Part shown: one piece after another, positions 40,020-54,069 of the stretch
How positions within the stretch are numbered: the stretch's first letter is position 1
Layout of the letters: each line of letters starts with the position of its first letter
Assembly: GCA_951406725.2 (NCBI GenBank)
Contig: OX597817.1
Span: 100,688,001-100,752,000 of the forward strand
Source: Octopus vulgaris
Taxonomy: Eukaryota
Length of the DNA stretch: 64,000 nt
Direction: 5' to 3'
Notes under the pieces: generated by a model
What the model was told of the DNA's origin: nothing
The model's database searches: none
What the model saw: only the letters and a program-made list of their open reading frames with translations
Made by a program: the position numbers and the translations under genes

Positions 40020-42517
40020 ATTTCATGAAGAAAGATTAGAAAATAGTAAATGTGGAAAAGATTACAAAATAAAGTGAAGACTTTAAGACAAGATCAGAGT
40101 AAAATAGAAGACTGGAAAGTGAACAAGTTAGGAAACACAGGATTTAAATATTCTCTTGAGAAAAGACACTTAGTGAAAGAGAAAGGATTTGGGACAGTCA
40201 TAAAAGAGTTGAAACAGCGTATCATAGCAGTAGCAGGTAAGCTTTCCAGATATCAGAAAAGAACAGATCAGTGTCAACAAAATAGATTATTTGAGACAGA
40301 CCAGAAGAGATTTTATAACCAAATAAATAGAGGAGAAGAAAGTACTGAATATGAGATACTTAATGCAGAAGAAGCTAGAAAGTTCTGGATTAATATTTGG
40401 GATAAGCAGTCAATCATAATGGAGATGCAGTATGGTTAAAGAAAGTGAGGGAAGACGTAGTGAGTGAGAAGCAGCCATACCTAAGATTAACTAGGTCATT
40501 AATGAATAAAGTGTTAGGGAAAATGCCGAATTGGAAGTGCCCAGGACCAGATTTAGTTCAACGGTCCTGGTTAAAGAAATTTAGTAGTTTACATGGGAGG
40601 CCGAGGGAACAACTTCAAGATTGCCTTAATGGAAGAACAATACCAGATGGATGACTAGAGGGATGACAATACTCATCATAAAAGATAAGAGCAAGGGTAA
40701 TACAGCCAGCAACTATAGGTCAATCACTCGTTGACCATTAGTGTAGAAGCTGTTCGCTGGAATGCTTTCATAAAACGTTTACAAGCAACTTGACAACCAG
40801 AATTTACTGCCAGAAGAACAGAAAGGTTGCAGGAAGTAGGCTAGAGAAACCAACGATCTATTATACATAGACAAAGCAGTTCTAAATGAAGTAAAAGGAA
40901 GAAAAATCTAACAATAGCATGGATAAACTATATGAAAGCCTATGACATAATCCCATACTCATGGATAAGTGAATGTTTGAGTATATTCAATATATAAATC
41001 AACATAAGAGAATATATTAGTTTTAGCATGAAGGAATGGAAAGTAGATCTCTACTCAGGTGTCACACTTTCAGGGAAAGTTAATATCAAAAGAGGAATTT
41101 TCCAGGACTCATTGTCTCCTTTAATATTTGTCTTATGTTTGATCACCCTCAATTTAGTATTAAGGAAGGCAAAGTCAGGGGATCAGTTCAGAAATAGTAA
41201 GGGAAAAACTTAACTACATGGATGATCTGAAGCTTTTTAGTAAGAACGAAAAAGATAGATTCCTTACTACAGACTGTAAGGCACTTAAGCAATGATATAG
41301 GCATGGAATTTGGCATAGATAAGTGTACAATATTAGTCAGGAGAAGGGGACAAATAGTCAACAGTGAAGGCATCCAATTACTAGATGGCCAGCTATTAAA
41401 ATCACTGAAAATAGGAGAGAGGTATAAGTATCTAGGAGTATTAGAATCTAACACGGTACTAAATACAGAAATGAAAACGAAAATTGAGAAGGAATATATC
41501 AGAAAGGTGAGGAAGCTAATGAAGTCAAAGCTAAATTGTCCGAATCTAGTGAAGGCTGTAAATTCTTGGGCAGTGTCATTACTTAGATTCTCAGCAGCTT
41601 TTATAGATTGGACAAAAACTAAATTAGCAAAACTAGACAGAAGAACTAGGAAGGAATTCAATATGAATGGAGGAGTCCACCCAAGGGCAGGAGTAGCAAG
41701 ATTATATTTACTTAGAAATATCAGTGGAGTTAGCTAGAGTAGATATAGACTCCTACGTAGGAAGTTCATTAAAAGCTGCTAGAGTCACAGCAAGACATAG
41801 AGAAACCAAAAACGCAAACGAACTTAAAAACCAGAAAAAAGAACAGAAATTATCTGACTGACAGGGAAAGGCGTTGCATGGTAGATGTCCAAATATAATT
41901 GCAGCAAATAGTTGTAGTGAGACATGGTTATGGTTGCAGAAAGTAAAGCTGAAGCGGAAACAGAAAGTTTGTTAGTAGAAGCACAAGATCGAGCATTAAA
42001 GACTAATTAGATAAAAGCCAAAATGTTCAAAAGCAAGTAGATTCCCAATGTAGATTATGCAAATCAAAAGAGGAAAGTGTTACTCATATAGTAAGTGAAT
42101 GTAGCATGCTGTCACAGAAAGAATACAAGAATGACAATACAGGGAGAGTGATCCACTGGGAGTTATGTAGAAAGCTAGGATTTGAACAAACTGATAAATG
42201 GTATGAACATGAACCTAGTGAAGTACTAGAAAAAATAGCAAAGTACCAGGACCTAGCTATTGAATTACTGGACCTGGTTACTGAATTATGGAAAGTGCGA
42301 GTAAAATGCATCGCATTGGGGATAGGTGCATCGGGAACTATCCCTAAAGATTTGAACAGATGGATAGAGGAACTAGGCATACAACTCAGTTTAGTACAGC
42401 TCCAGAAAACAGTGTAGGATATTTAGAAGGGTTCTTGGCATCTAAGGTTACTTGTTGTAGCCCGATGTGAGGATTTTTTTTCTTTTCCAACAGTCTAATC
42501 TGTTGAGTGTATATAAA
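40020..42517 (+). mobile_element. R4/Dong-clade retrotransposon, longest copy, decayed
   Basis: IKELKQRI, QNRLFETDQKRFY, NWKCPGPD, IAWINYMKAYD, RGIFQDSLSPLIF, YMDDLKL, FGIDKC, YKYLGV, CRLC..ESVTHIVSEC, EKIAKYQDL; ends in AATAACAATAAC. Confidence 0.92.
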
Positions 42518-42535
42518 AATAACAATAACAATAAT

Positions 42536-42665
42536 CCTTTCTACTATAGGCACGAGGCCTGGAAGTTTGGGGGAGGGGGTAAGTCGGTTACATTGACCCC
42601 AGTACTAAACTGGTACTTAATTTATCGACCGCGATAGGATGAAAGACAAAGTCAACTTCGGTGGA
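42536..42665 (-). mobile_element. Partial Meta/MESC-like SINE within AAT tracts
   Basis: Reverse complement reads GACTTTGTCTTTCATCCT..GTCGATAAATTAAGTACCAGT..CCTATAGTAGAAAGGATTATT. Confidence 0.8.
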
Positions 42666-42790
<125 letters not shown>

Positions 42791-42799
42791 GTTAAAAAA

Positions 42800-44310
42800 T
42801 AACCCTGGGAAATACCAGTTACAGTAACGTCTGTCCCATCAAAAGAAGAAGTGCAGGAATTTTGAAATAAAATTTGGGCAGAAGAAAAAAAACAATGAAA
42901 ATGCCCCTTGGATTGATAGAATATCTACAGATTTGGACTCCTTAGAGGAGCTAAAGTGGGAGGGTGTCAAGGTAGAAGATATAAGATCTGTGCTCAGGAG
43001 GTCAAGCAAATGGAAGTCTCCAGGAAAGGATAAAATTCCTAACTTCTGGTTGAATGCCTTCCAAGAGAGCCATGAGCTGCTAACAAAACTTTATAACGAT
43101 GTTTTGCAACACCCTAGTACGATTCCCTCTGGGTTATTTAATGGTTTAACATTCATACTTCCAAAAAATGAAGAAACAAATGAACCAAAAAATTATCAAC
43201 TCACAACCTACTTAACAATGTATAAAACGCTAACATCTGTCCTGACTGAATATACATATAGTTTCTTAATAGAAAGTAGCATATTCACTAATGAGCAAAA
43301 AGGTTGTAAACGTGGATCTTATGGTTGTAAAGATCAGCTACTCATCAATAAGATGATCTTGGAAGATTGTCACAGACGACATAAAAACTTGTCAATAGCT
43401 TGGATATATTATAAAAGAGGTTTGGATAGCCTACCACATAACTGGATTAAGAAATGTCTGGAAATGTATAAAATAGCGCCTACTTTGCGAAACTTTTTGC
43501 CTGCATGAGATCATGGAGAACCACACTGACTTTGAACAGTGATAATGAATCCCTAAATGCTGGTGATGTAAAAATTTAATGTGGCATTTTCCAGGGTGAC
43601 TCATTATCACCACTCCTCTTTTGTCTAGCCTTAATACCTCTCGAAATTGCTCAATGATGCACAATACGGTTATAAAATGTTTGATGAAAATATAAATCAT
43701 CTCATTTACATGGATGATTTAAAGCTCCTGGCAAAAAATGACTAAAAACTCAAGGGCTTACTAGCGATTGTTAAACATCAGGATGCAATTTGACCCCGAT
43801 AAATGTGCAAAAGCTACCTTTATCAAAGGTAAAATGACAGAAACATCTAACGTTAACCTTGACCAGCAGAATGTCATAAAAGAGTTAGAACCAGCGGAGA
43901 GCTACAAATACTTAGGAGTAATTGAAGGGAACAGAATCAAACATTCAGTGATGAGGGAAAGGATCAGAGGAGAATGTTATCGCAGGGTGAGAGCAATACT
44001 CAAGACAGACCTGAAAGCAAGAAACAGGATCGAAGCGATCAATGCTTTAGCCATATCTGTTGTGACTTACAGTTTCAGTATCATTAACTGGTCAATTACT
44101 GAAATATGTAATCTTGACAGAAAAATACGAAAACTGTTGACAATGCATAGAATGCACCACTCTAAGGCAGATATAGATCGACTTTATCTGCCAAGAAAAG
44201 AGGGTGGCCGTGAACTTTTTCAACTAAAATTAACAATGAAGATTGCCACAATTGGCCTAGACACCTACTTGGAAAACTCTGAGGACTGGCTGTTAAAACT
44301 TGTCTAATTC
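42800..44310 (+). mobile_element. R4/Dong-clade retrotransposon RT fragment
   Basis: KWKSPGKDKIPNFW, EQKGCKRGSYGCKDQLLI, KNLSIAWIYY, GIFQGDSLSPLLF, YMDDLKL, YKYLGV, DRLYLPRKEGGR. Confidence 0.93.
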
Positions 44311-44429
44311 AGATTTCCAGCAGCATTTAGTACATTTTTTTGCAACAGGTCATGGAGTCAGATGGTAGTGGTGCCTCGGCACCCGCTGCAACTCTCAGCA
44401 GAAGACGCGAGGTGCAGGGAAAAGCCAAC

Positions 44430-45130
44430 AATAATAGCTAAAGTACAGGAATAGCAGTGCTACTGAGAGAGGACACCGATAAAGGTACGTCGTAGAAAAC
44501 TTTCGGCTAATAACTGTGCTGAACATGAATTTTGATCTAGGTGTAAGCGAAAAGATTGACGTTTGTCGTGGGTGGTCTGGTTTTGTAAGAGTAAATGTGC
44601 GATCCGAAAAGGTCTAATCGCAACAACCTCCACCTCGTGTGATGTATCACAGAAAGTGTTAGGAATAGAAATATTCAGTAGGGCGGTGAGCGATGTGAAT
44701 CAGTTCAAGACTTTCTTTAGAGTCTACTACTTGGAAACTTTCCTGAAAGCAGTCATCTCTCAGAGCCGTTTCGTATTACTCTCGGTCCATCAAGCGTGCC
44801 CACTTTCTCTTTTTCTGAACTTGCAGGCTATCACGCAACTGCTGCGGAAGTCGAAATAGTTGCCGAACATGTCTTTCGAACTGAAATCTAGGAGGAAAGT
44901 ATCACCATATGCGGATTACGAAATTGTCTGATGACACCGAAATTGATGCGGTCGACACTGTTCTAAGGAATACGAGACACTGACCGGATCTACAATCAAT
45001 CCGAACAGATCGGGGTGTATTTAGCCCGGCATCTTGAGTCGCTGGTCCATGCTGGCGGACAGCGTTGTGGGGCACTAGACCAATGGAGCAGTTAGACTTC
45101 TGGGAGTGTGGTTCGCTTTTTTCTAGCATT
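44430..45130 (+). mobile_element. Tx1/L1-clade RT remnant
   Basis: Decayed FRLITVLN (~NFRPITLLN), NNLHL, NQFKTFFRV (~DQSKAFDRV), SVHQACPLS (~SVRQGCPLS). Confidence 0.65.
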
Positions 45131-46195
45131 TTGGGTCAAAAGGTGATACAACATAAGTCAACTTTATGAAAAAAAAAAAGGTGTGTGTAAAAAGTATCAT
45201 GAAAGAAAGTGTTCCGTTGCAGAAGCAAGTTAGTCAAGAAAAGCAAGGACAAAAGTACCATTCCTTTGTGTCGGAAATAATAGGGAGTTTCTATATGCTT
45301 TGAAAAGAGGAGTTGTCACAGCTGGTCAAGTTGCTTCCTCAAAGAGTTGTCACAACTGATCAAGGTGCTTCCATATGCCTGTATGCTTGGAAACATACAG
45401 CCATATGCCTGTATGTTTTTTTTAGACCGAAAGCACAGCTGTCATGCACTACGCATCTATCTATAGGACGGTACTAGTGTATAAGGATCTGATAATATCA
45501 AGGGAGACAATCAGAAATATTACTACCGATGTAGGTTGTTGGATTATCAGTGAAACTGGATCATCAGTGAAACTGAACAGCATGTTCAGGCTTGCAAAGA
45601 TATCTTCAAATTATAATTATGGGATATCTTTCTAGTATTTGAGGAGATAATACACTGTAGAAGTAGAGTAGATCGATCAAGTAACTAGTAGAGTACGGTA
45701 GAAGGCCAACTCGATACATGTATTCTAGAGGAGGCTACTTAAAGGATTTTTACTTGGATGAATGTGAAAAGCGAAAACGTAGAGGCGGTGGTAATAGAAG
45801 ACAACAGTGGAGACAACAATAACGATAGACAGTAAAACTATAATTGCTGTTACTGCATCTACGACACCACAGATAACCAGAAAAGTAGAAAGAAACAAGA
45901 TCGCTTTCTTCAGGGGCGAACGAGGCAGGATGCCATGAAAAGTCTTTTTCTCTGGCTAAGTGCCGGCAGAAACTTTGAAGAGTAGTTCTATCCGATTGCT
46001 TTGCAGTGAAGGGGAGAAGATTGACTCTATAGAAATGAGGGAAGCGTCGGAATGAGAGAACAAAATGAGAGCAGCAAAGGCGTGCAGGATGCTGGAATCT
46101 TCCACAGAAAAAGGTTCCTCACAGTCGCAATGCTTGAATCGTACGATACAGAAATATGAGTCTAATGGAAATCATTTATCAAAATAATAGAACGA

Positions 46196-47091
46196 CAAGG
46201 TGGGGAAGCACAACTTGCAAAATTACTGTAACATTTGAAACTCTCTCGCGCATTAATAGGTTTAGTGGTTCAAGAATAGGTTAACAACATTCACAAATAA
46301 TTACAAGACGAATAGCTTATTCTATGTGGATTTAATTGCTTGCAATTACAGTCTCCACACGGCTTGTAGAAGTAAATGGGCATCTTTCTTCCGTCGGAAG
46401 CCACAACACCGAAGGTCATGACCTGGGCTGGATGTTTGGTTTTGAAGGTAAACTGACGTCAGCTTTTGATTCGCAATATACCGGTCGTTTCTGCGGTCCA
46501 CAACGGCATACTCTGTGAAGATCTCGTCAGAGAAAATTTTCACAGTGGACCCGTTCTTCATCAGGCATGTGAGAACCTTTCTGCACCTTTCCAGTCTCAT
46601 GGCCTTCATAGGTTTCGTCAGCAGGTGTCTCGATGTCCTGGTGTAGGGCTTGGGGCCCAAGTCATCATTCACAACTTTTCTGATGGTTTTGGGTCCACTT
46701 CAAGTTTAGAAGCCAGCCTCTTCATGGATGCGGTTGGGTCCGATGAAATTTTGGACTTGAGGATATTAATGAAGTCATGATTCCGTTTCTTGTTGGCCCC
46801 ACCGCTGCTAGACTTCCTCTGAATGCCATTACTCATGCCCATTCTCTTCTTGGCGTTATAAACTGAGTGCAAGGATACTCCGACTATGCTTGAGATCCTC
46901 TTCGGATCGACTTTGGCGTTTGTCTTCCTGCGCAGTCATTCTTCAATATTCCTGCGAAAAGAAAGAAAAAAGAATTTATTATTGGCTGACAATGTATTCT
47001 TTGTACTCCATTAGGTTTCATAACATTTTGTGTAGTGGTTGCCGTGAAATATTAGTGTAACTTTTAATGCAAGTTTTGCTTCCCCACTCTG
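46196..47091 (-). mobile_element. maT/DD37D-like Tc1/mariner element, internally deleted
   Basis: TIRs CAAGGTGGGGAAGCACAACTTGCA and TGCAAGTTTTGCTTCCCCACTCTG|TA; HTH region, RHLLT..RLERC, KIFSDE, RRNDR, KTKHPAQVMTFGVVASDG; later catalytic residues absent. Confidence 0.85.
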
Positions 47092-47517
47092 TAGATTACG
47101 AAATATTCTAATGGAAGACAAACAGAATACTGTACTGAATCTGGAGATACGAGATGATTACATCGAACCACACAATGAAGGACTCTTGATAAAACTGTGC
47201 CAAAAGTCAACAGAGAGCTAAGATAGCACTCCTTTGTGGATGTGGGACATATAACGGTGGGACTAAAATAAGAAATTACATTTTCGTAAGTTTATAAAAT
47301 ATCAATATATTTTGCAGTACGTGGAATAACTAGACGAAATTATAAAATAATATTTGATCGTCTTTCTATCCATAAATTGGGAGTATGTGTATGTGAGCGT
47401 ACATGTGTGTGTGAGCGTGTGTGTGTGAGTGTGAGTGTGCGCGTGTGTGAGTGTGCGTATGTGTGTAAAGAGAACTCATAATTAGTTGAATTACCGTAGA
47501 CGTGATCTATCTGTCTG

Positions 47518-47551
<34 letters not shown>

Positions 47552-47554
47552 AAT

Positions 47555-47594
<40 letters not shown>

Positions 47595-48369
47595 GACAGA
47601 AAGCGAGAGAGAGAGAGAGAGAAGGGACAGAAAGCGAGAGAGAGGAAAGATAGAGAAATGGAGGAGAAATACAACAAAGATTGCAGAAGGCAGTGACGGT
47701 GACATTGTGGGATAGTAAGTGTATAACAACGATAAACAACGAAAGTGGCGACAGCAAAACAAGATGAAGACGTCTTTTGACTCAGATTCTTTCATTTTGG
47801 CTTGTGATATAAAAGTCAGCCAGTTTACCGTGGCAATATAATCTACATTATGCGCACTCACACACACACTCATGCACACACGCATATTTTCTATCACGTA
47901 CACAAACACAAGCTTACATGCACACAAATAACAGCAACAATTTGGTTAATTAAGCATTCTTGATCAATTGAAAGTAGTGTTTCTTGCAGCCGTCACAAAC
48001 AACAAACGGACACTGTTATATGGAGTGCAAACAGCTTATTATAATGACAAATAATTTTGTCAAATGGTTACAGTAATGAACATTAGTGACTCCTAAACTC
48101 GTTCAAGATTTTGTGATACTCGGTGCTTAATATAATCGGTTGCATATAGTTATCTGAACAGTTCCACCCCGAAATGATCAGAATAGGCTATTTCTACTGC
48201 ATTATACATGGTGCTGGATCTCTGTTCGGCGCTGACGATAATAGTTAGTTGTTCGATCAACTGAATTAGCTGATGTAGAATTACCGTATAAACGTAATTC
48301 TCAGGTAGAATTAGAGTGATACATTGTGCGACAAGGATGTATGTCGGAATCAGAGATATAATCCGCCCG

Positions 48370-48525
48370 GCAGACTTCTAGACAGTTTGCAACTATCCAG
48401 TTTCCCGCACAAATTTTGGGTCAGCCAGAGGGTATACAGAACGACATTTGCCAAGGATATCACACAGTGAGATCGAATTCAGGACCTCGTGGTTGCAAAA
48501 CGACCTTTTTAAACCACCTGGCCAT
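48370..48525 (-). mobile_element. Degenerate SINE copy, head-to-head with 48608 copy
   Basis: CAGTTTCC..CAAATT..GACATTTGCCAAGG..ACAGTGAGATCGAATTC..GTGGTTG. Confidence 0.6.
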
Positions 48526-48542
48526 ATTGCAAGCCTAAACAG

Positions 48543-48607
<65 letters not shown>

Positions 48608-48609
<2 letters not shown>

Positions 48610-49018
48610 CGCAGGAGTGGCTGTGTGGTAAGTAGCTTGTTTACCAACCACATGGTTCCGGGTTCAGTCCCACTGCGTGGCACCTTGGGCAAGTGTCTTC
48701 TACTATAGCCTCGGGCCGACCAAAGCCTTGTGAGTGGATTTGGTAGACGGAAACTGAAAGAAGCCCGTCGTATATATGTATATATATATGCGTGTGTGTG
48801 TTTGTGTGTCTGTATTTGTCCCCCTAGCATTGCTTGACAACCGATGCTGGTGTGTTTATGTCCCCGTTACTGAGCGGTTCGGCAAAAAGAGACCGATAAA
48901 ATAAGTACTGGGCTTACAAAAGAATAAGTCCCGGGGTTGAGTTGCTCGATTAAAGGCGGTGCTCCAGCATGGCCGCAGTCAAATGACTGAAACAAGTAAA
49001 AGAGTAAAAGAGTAAAGA

Positions 49019-49020
<2 letters not shown>
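48608..49020 (+). mobile_element. Full-length tRNA-derived SINE with internal microsatellite and (GTAAAAGA)n tail
   Basis: A box TGGCTGTGTGG, B-box-like GGTTCAGTCCC, CACCTTGGGCAAGT core; related copies at 57881 and 58306. Confidence 0.92.
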
Positions 49021-49039
<19 letters not shown>

Positions 49040-49056
<17 letters not shown>

Positions 49057-49640
49057 CTCTTAGTTATTAGTCAGAAAATTACCATTGGTTTCACGTCTGT
49101 TATTGCTTTTAGCAGACCTGCTGGCCAGTGGTACATAACTTCCCTACAAATGGAAGTAAGAATTCAGTCATGGTTAACGAGGTTTTGAAAAAACAATCTG
49201 AAAATATTCGCTTAATCTGGTGGCCTTCTTAAATTCAAAAACTGAAATTTTTAGTCGGTGCTCTCAAGAAAGAAAATTCATGTTGGAGATATGAACTTCT
49301 CCCGCTTGCTGGGTAGTGAATAGAAATTAACTGACCCTTATCAGTCACAACTGGAACCATTCAAAGGGAAATAGGTCCATCTCGACAAGAAGAAATGTAA
49401 AAGTCACAGAAAATTTGTATAATAAAGTTTATTATTGTATAACAAAGTTTATGATCATATTGCATCATTGATGCGTCGAAAAATTTCGTTTCAAGTTATA
49501 TTCACAACATTACCGACCAATATTATATTCTTACCTCTATTAGTAAAAAGTGCAGTACCTCCGACCAGCAGGTCAGATTAGCTGCCTATATTGCTAGGAG
49601 CAACAATAGACATGAAACCAACTGTAACTTCCTGCTCGGC
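49040..49640 (+). mobile_element. Penelope-like element 3' fragment with inverted terminal segment
   Basis: 49226-49294 encodes FLNSKTEIFSRCSQERKFMLEI*, resembling the PLE GIY-YIG C-terminal LN.R.E...C.H..KF motif; ~49070-49127 inverted at ~49565-49635. Confidence 0.55.
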
Positions 49641-49730
49641 CATAACAAACCTCTACATAAATTACTAAAGTATTACAGCTGAATAAACTTTTTAGAGTCT
49701 ACTTCTTTTGGAACTTATGAACAACTGTCC

Positions 49731-49795
<65 letters not shown>

Positions 49796-50112
49796 TTGTA
49801 AATTAACCCGCAGGTTGTAAATTACAGAGACACACATAGGTCCTGGTTCGGTCCATCTTCTTTTCGGTCAATTATATAGATTTAATCGCTCTAATGGAAC
49901 CATAATATTATATGAATAATATATAATTATAGTTAGTACGTTTAAATATTTGTTGTGCAAGATTTTTTATGTGAAATCGTGTGTTGAAACAGATATTGTT
50001 ATATTTAGGAATGGTCATATTGCCAGTTTAGCCAATAAAAACACACGCACTATATATTTGGTGTTATTTTGCTTCAGTGTTATTTATTTTTTACATTAAT
50101 CTTAATCTTATT

Positions 50113-50157
50113 TCGGCCAGAGTTCTTTCGTCACACTCCTGTGACCGCATCAGTGGT
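50113..50157 (-). ncRNA. Hammerhead-like motif (CUGAUGC variant)
   Basis: CCA CUGAUGC G GUCACA GGAG UGUGAC GAAA GAAC UC UGG. Confidence 0.7.
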
Positions 50158-50510
50158 CCTTTGTTTTCTTCTTTCTTATTTGTGTCTCTCCTTACTAACC
50201 GTCAGCCATTTTGTATTTCTATTGTATGTCTTCATTTGCGCATGCTTATATCTCTATGTGCGTTTATGTTTATTTAGCGTGTGTATGTGGGGAGATGCCT
50301 GTAATATTTGTATCTTCTGTTTATATATGTTCATGTAATTTGTATTTTGTTTTTGTTGTTTTTGTTTATTCTTATTTTGTTCATGTGTTTAGATCCACTT
50401 ATTATTATCATTACATTTGCTTGTATGTATAACAACAATACTAGTAATAATAATAATAATAAATCGAATCGAAAAAAATATAAATAAAAAAAAATTATAA
50501 AAAAATATAT

Positions 50511-50561
<51 letters not shown>

Positions 50562-51193
50562 TTTATTTCTATTAGTTTATTTATCTGTGTATTTATCATG
50601 TTTTCAGGATCCTCTATCGTCATATGTTGTGGTGTGTGTTAGTGCTCCATTCTAGTTTTCTATTCAGGCTATGTTTATTTTCTATTATGTGTGTAGCTTC
50701 TGTAATTTGTCTAATTGTTGCATCTGATCTATGTGTGGATAATATTTTAATTTCTATGTTATTGATTGATCCCCCGTGTTCCTGTTCGGCGTGTTGGTAC
50801 AGAATCGATGAGCTTTTACCTTCCTTGAGTTGTCTCCAATGCTCATTTACCAGGACATATGTGTGTCTCTGTAATTTACAACCTGCGGGTTAGTTTACAA
50901 ATTTATATATATATATATATATATATATAGTTATTTATTTCTATTAGATTATCTATCTGTGTATTTATTATGTTTTCAGGATCCTCTATCGTCATATGTT
51001 GTGGTGTGTGTTAGTGCTCCATTCTAGTTTTCTATTCAGGCTAGGTTTATTTTCTATTATGTGTGTAGCTTCTGTAATTATATATATATATATATATATG
51101 TCGGACAGTTGTTCATAAGTCCCAAAAGAAGTAGACTCTAAAAAGTTTTTTCTGCTGTAATACTTTAGTAATTTATGTAGAGGTTTGTTATGA

Positions 51194-51430
51194 GAGCGGG
51201 TAAATGAGCATTGGAGACAACTCAAGGAAGGTAAAAGCTCATCGATTCTGTACCAACACGCCGAACGGGAACACGAGGGATCAATCAATAACATAGAAAT
51301 TAAAATATTATCCACACATAGATCAGATGCAACAATTAGACAAATTACAGAAGCTACACAGATAATAGAAAATAAACATAGCCTGAATAGAAAACTAGAA
51401 TGGAGCACTAACACACACCACAACATATGA
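51194..51430 (+). pseudogene. C-terminal half of Penelope-like GIY-YIG endonuclease (mirror copy on minus strand ~50620-50851)
   Basis: Open frame ERVNEHWRQLKEGKSSSILYQHAEREHEGSINNIEIKILSTHRSDATIRQITEATQIIENKHSLNRKLEWSTNTHHNI*; R..EH, H...H, R.I.EA..I and LN.K.EW motifs. Confidence 0.78.
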
Positions 51431-51486
51431 CGATAGAGGATCCTGAAAACATAATAAATACACAGATAAATAAACTAATAGAAATA

Positions 51487-51546
<60 letters not shown>

Positions 51547-51920
51547 ATATATATATATATATATAATTTTTTTTTATTTATAATTTTTTTATTTATTATT
51601 TTTTTTTCGATTCGATTTATTATTATTATTACTAGTATTGTTGTTATACATACAAGCATATGTAATGATAATAATAAGTGGATGTAAACACATGAACAAA
51701 ATAAGAATAAACAAAAACAACAAAAACAAAATACAAATTACATGAACATATATAAACAGAAGATACAAATATTACAGGCATCCCCCCACATACACACACT
51801 AAATAAACATAAACGCACATAGAGATATAAGCATGCGCAAATGAAGACATACAATAGAAATACAAAATGGCTGACGGTTAGTAAGGGGAGACACAAATAA
51901 GAAAGAAGAAAACAAAAGAC

Positions 51921-51960
51921 CCACTGATGCGGTCACAGGAATGTGACGAAAGAACTCTGG
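51921..51960 (+). ncRNA. Hammerhead-like motif (CUGAUGC variant), sense to the GIY-YIG fragment
   Basis: CCA CUGAUGC G GUCAC AGGAAU GUGAC GAAA GAAC UC UGG. Confidence 0.7.
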
Positions 51961-52166
51961 CCGAGATAAGATTAAGATTAATGTAAAAAATAAATAACAC
52001 TGAAGCAAAATAACACCAAATATATAGTGCGTGTGTTTTTATTGGCTAAACTGGCAATATGACCATTCCTAAATATAACAATAATTATAGTTGTTTTATA
52101 TATATTATTAATACTTTGCATGTACCACGTCTTTGCGTTGTTTTTAGTGTCTTTTCTCCGTTTTTT

Positions 52167-52226
<60 letters not shown>

Positions 52227-52740
52227 ATATATATCTTTATATAGTATCTTGTGTGTGTGTGTGTGTGTTGTGTGCGTGAATTTGTCTATATTTTATAACA
52301 CTTTACCATCCCACATTCATTGTTTGTTTGCTTCACTTTAGTTTATTCTAGACCACTCTAGGTCAGCATTGGTCTACTCCTATTCAATGAAGCCCCCTAT
52401 CGGATTTACACCTCTCTCTAAGCCCGCCCCGCACAATGAAATATTTATTTGACACTTTAATACTAACTTGACACTCCAGCCCACCCCCTTTTAGTTATGT
52501 ATTTCCTTGATCTTTCTTTGCAGTTTGCATTTATCTACGTGCTATTAATATTGTTATTGTGATTATATGTATTAATACTTGAATGAGGGATTATTTGTTG
52601 AAACCGGCATATATAAATACCCATGTATGTGTCAATATAGCAATATAATATATATTATAATCATTCAGGTAATAGACGTGTGTGTACGGGTGTAGATGGA
52701 TGCTGTATGTGGGTGTGCATGCGTGTATGGGAGTGTACAT

Positions 52741-52780
<40 letters not shown>

Positions 52781-52914
52781 TTTATTTCAAAGCAGCAGAA
52801 AATTCAACTATTTCTGGTGTTTTGAAATAAAGCATATTACTCTATCCCTGGTATTTGAGTACTCTTTTTTCCACCTTGTTTCACATTTATGTGTTTACTC
52901 CGGTATATATAAAT

Positions 52915-53049
<135 letters not shown>

Positions 53050-53294
53050 TATACATATACATACATATATATATATGAATGCAGCACGGTGATGCAGCAC
53101 GGACTTTGTCAGTGAACAGGTCGCGGATTTTAGCGACGAAAATATTTTGACAAATTAAACTTAAATGTTGAAGTGAATCGAACGGCTTTTGTGTGTTTCT
53201 TAAATGGCTTATAAACACCTTCCACGCTGCAATTGTTTTCGTTTCAGCACACGATCTCAGATCAAATTACTTGCTATGCGAGTACATCTCCGTA

Positions 53295-53367
<73 letters not shown>

Positions 53368-53382
53368 ATATATATATATATA

Positions 53383-53541
53383 TGAGAAAGAAAAGAAATG
53401 TAAAAGTCACAGAAAGTTTGTATAACAAAGTTTATGGTGATATTAGGATCATATTACATCAATGATGCAATATGATCATAAACTTTGTTATACAATACTT
53501 TATTATACAAATTGTCTATACTTTTACATTTCTTTTCTTTC
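53383..53541. repeat. Imperfect palindrome between TA tracts, homologous to 49388-49475
   Basis: GAAAGAAAAGAAATGTAAAAG..TTGTATAACAAAGTTTATG versus CATAAACTTTGTTATACAA..CTTTTACATTTCTTTTCTTTC. Confidence 0.8.
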
Positions 53542-53565
53542 GTGTATACAGAACTTTATATTCAC

Positions 53566-53649
<84 letters not shown>

Positions 53650-53804
53650 ATATATATATTGAAGTAGATAAATGAATTATCTTATTACGGATAATTCAAA
53701 TGATAACCGATACCTGGGTAGCGAAAATCACAACAGAAAAAACACGGTTGAAGTTACGACCATGGGGCATAAAAACCGTGCCTTAGTGCGGAAATTTGAA
53801 GTTT

Positions 53805-54069
53805 TATATATTAATTGTAGGAAGAAATAGAGCTGAACGAAGATTTAACAAAATTCCTTTATATTATTTTCTACATATGTTTCGAAGGCTGCAAAGTCCC
53901 TAATTCGGATTGAATAAGGAGTCCATTTTGCAGCTTTCTCTTAGGAGAAAGCTGCAAAATGGACTCCTTATTCAATCCGAATTAGGACTTTGCAGCCTTC
54001 GAAACATATGTAGAAAATAATATAAAGGAATTTTGTTAAATCTTCGTTCAGCTCTATTTCTTCCTACAA

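Larger units (their letters stand above)
49994..52083. mobile_element. Large inverted duplication of a Penelope-like element 3' end
   Basis: 49994-50851 is the near-exact reverse complement of 51199-52083; mirrored peptides in the ORF track (50211+/51644-, 50624+/50992-). Confidence 0.9.
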
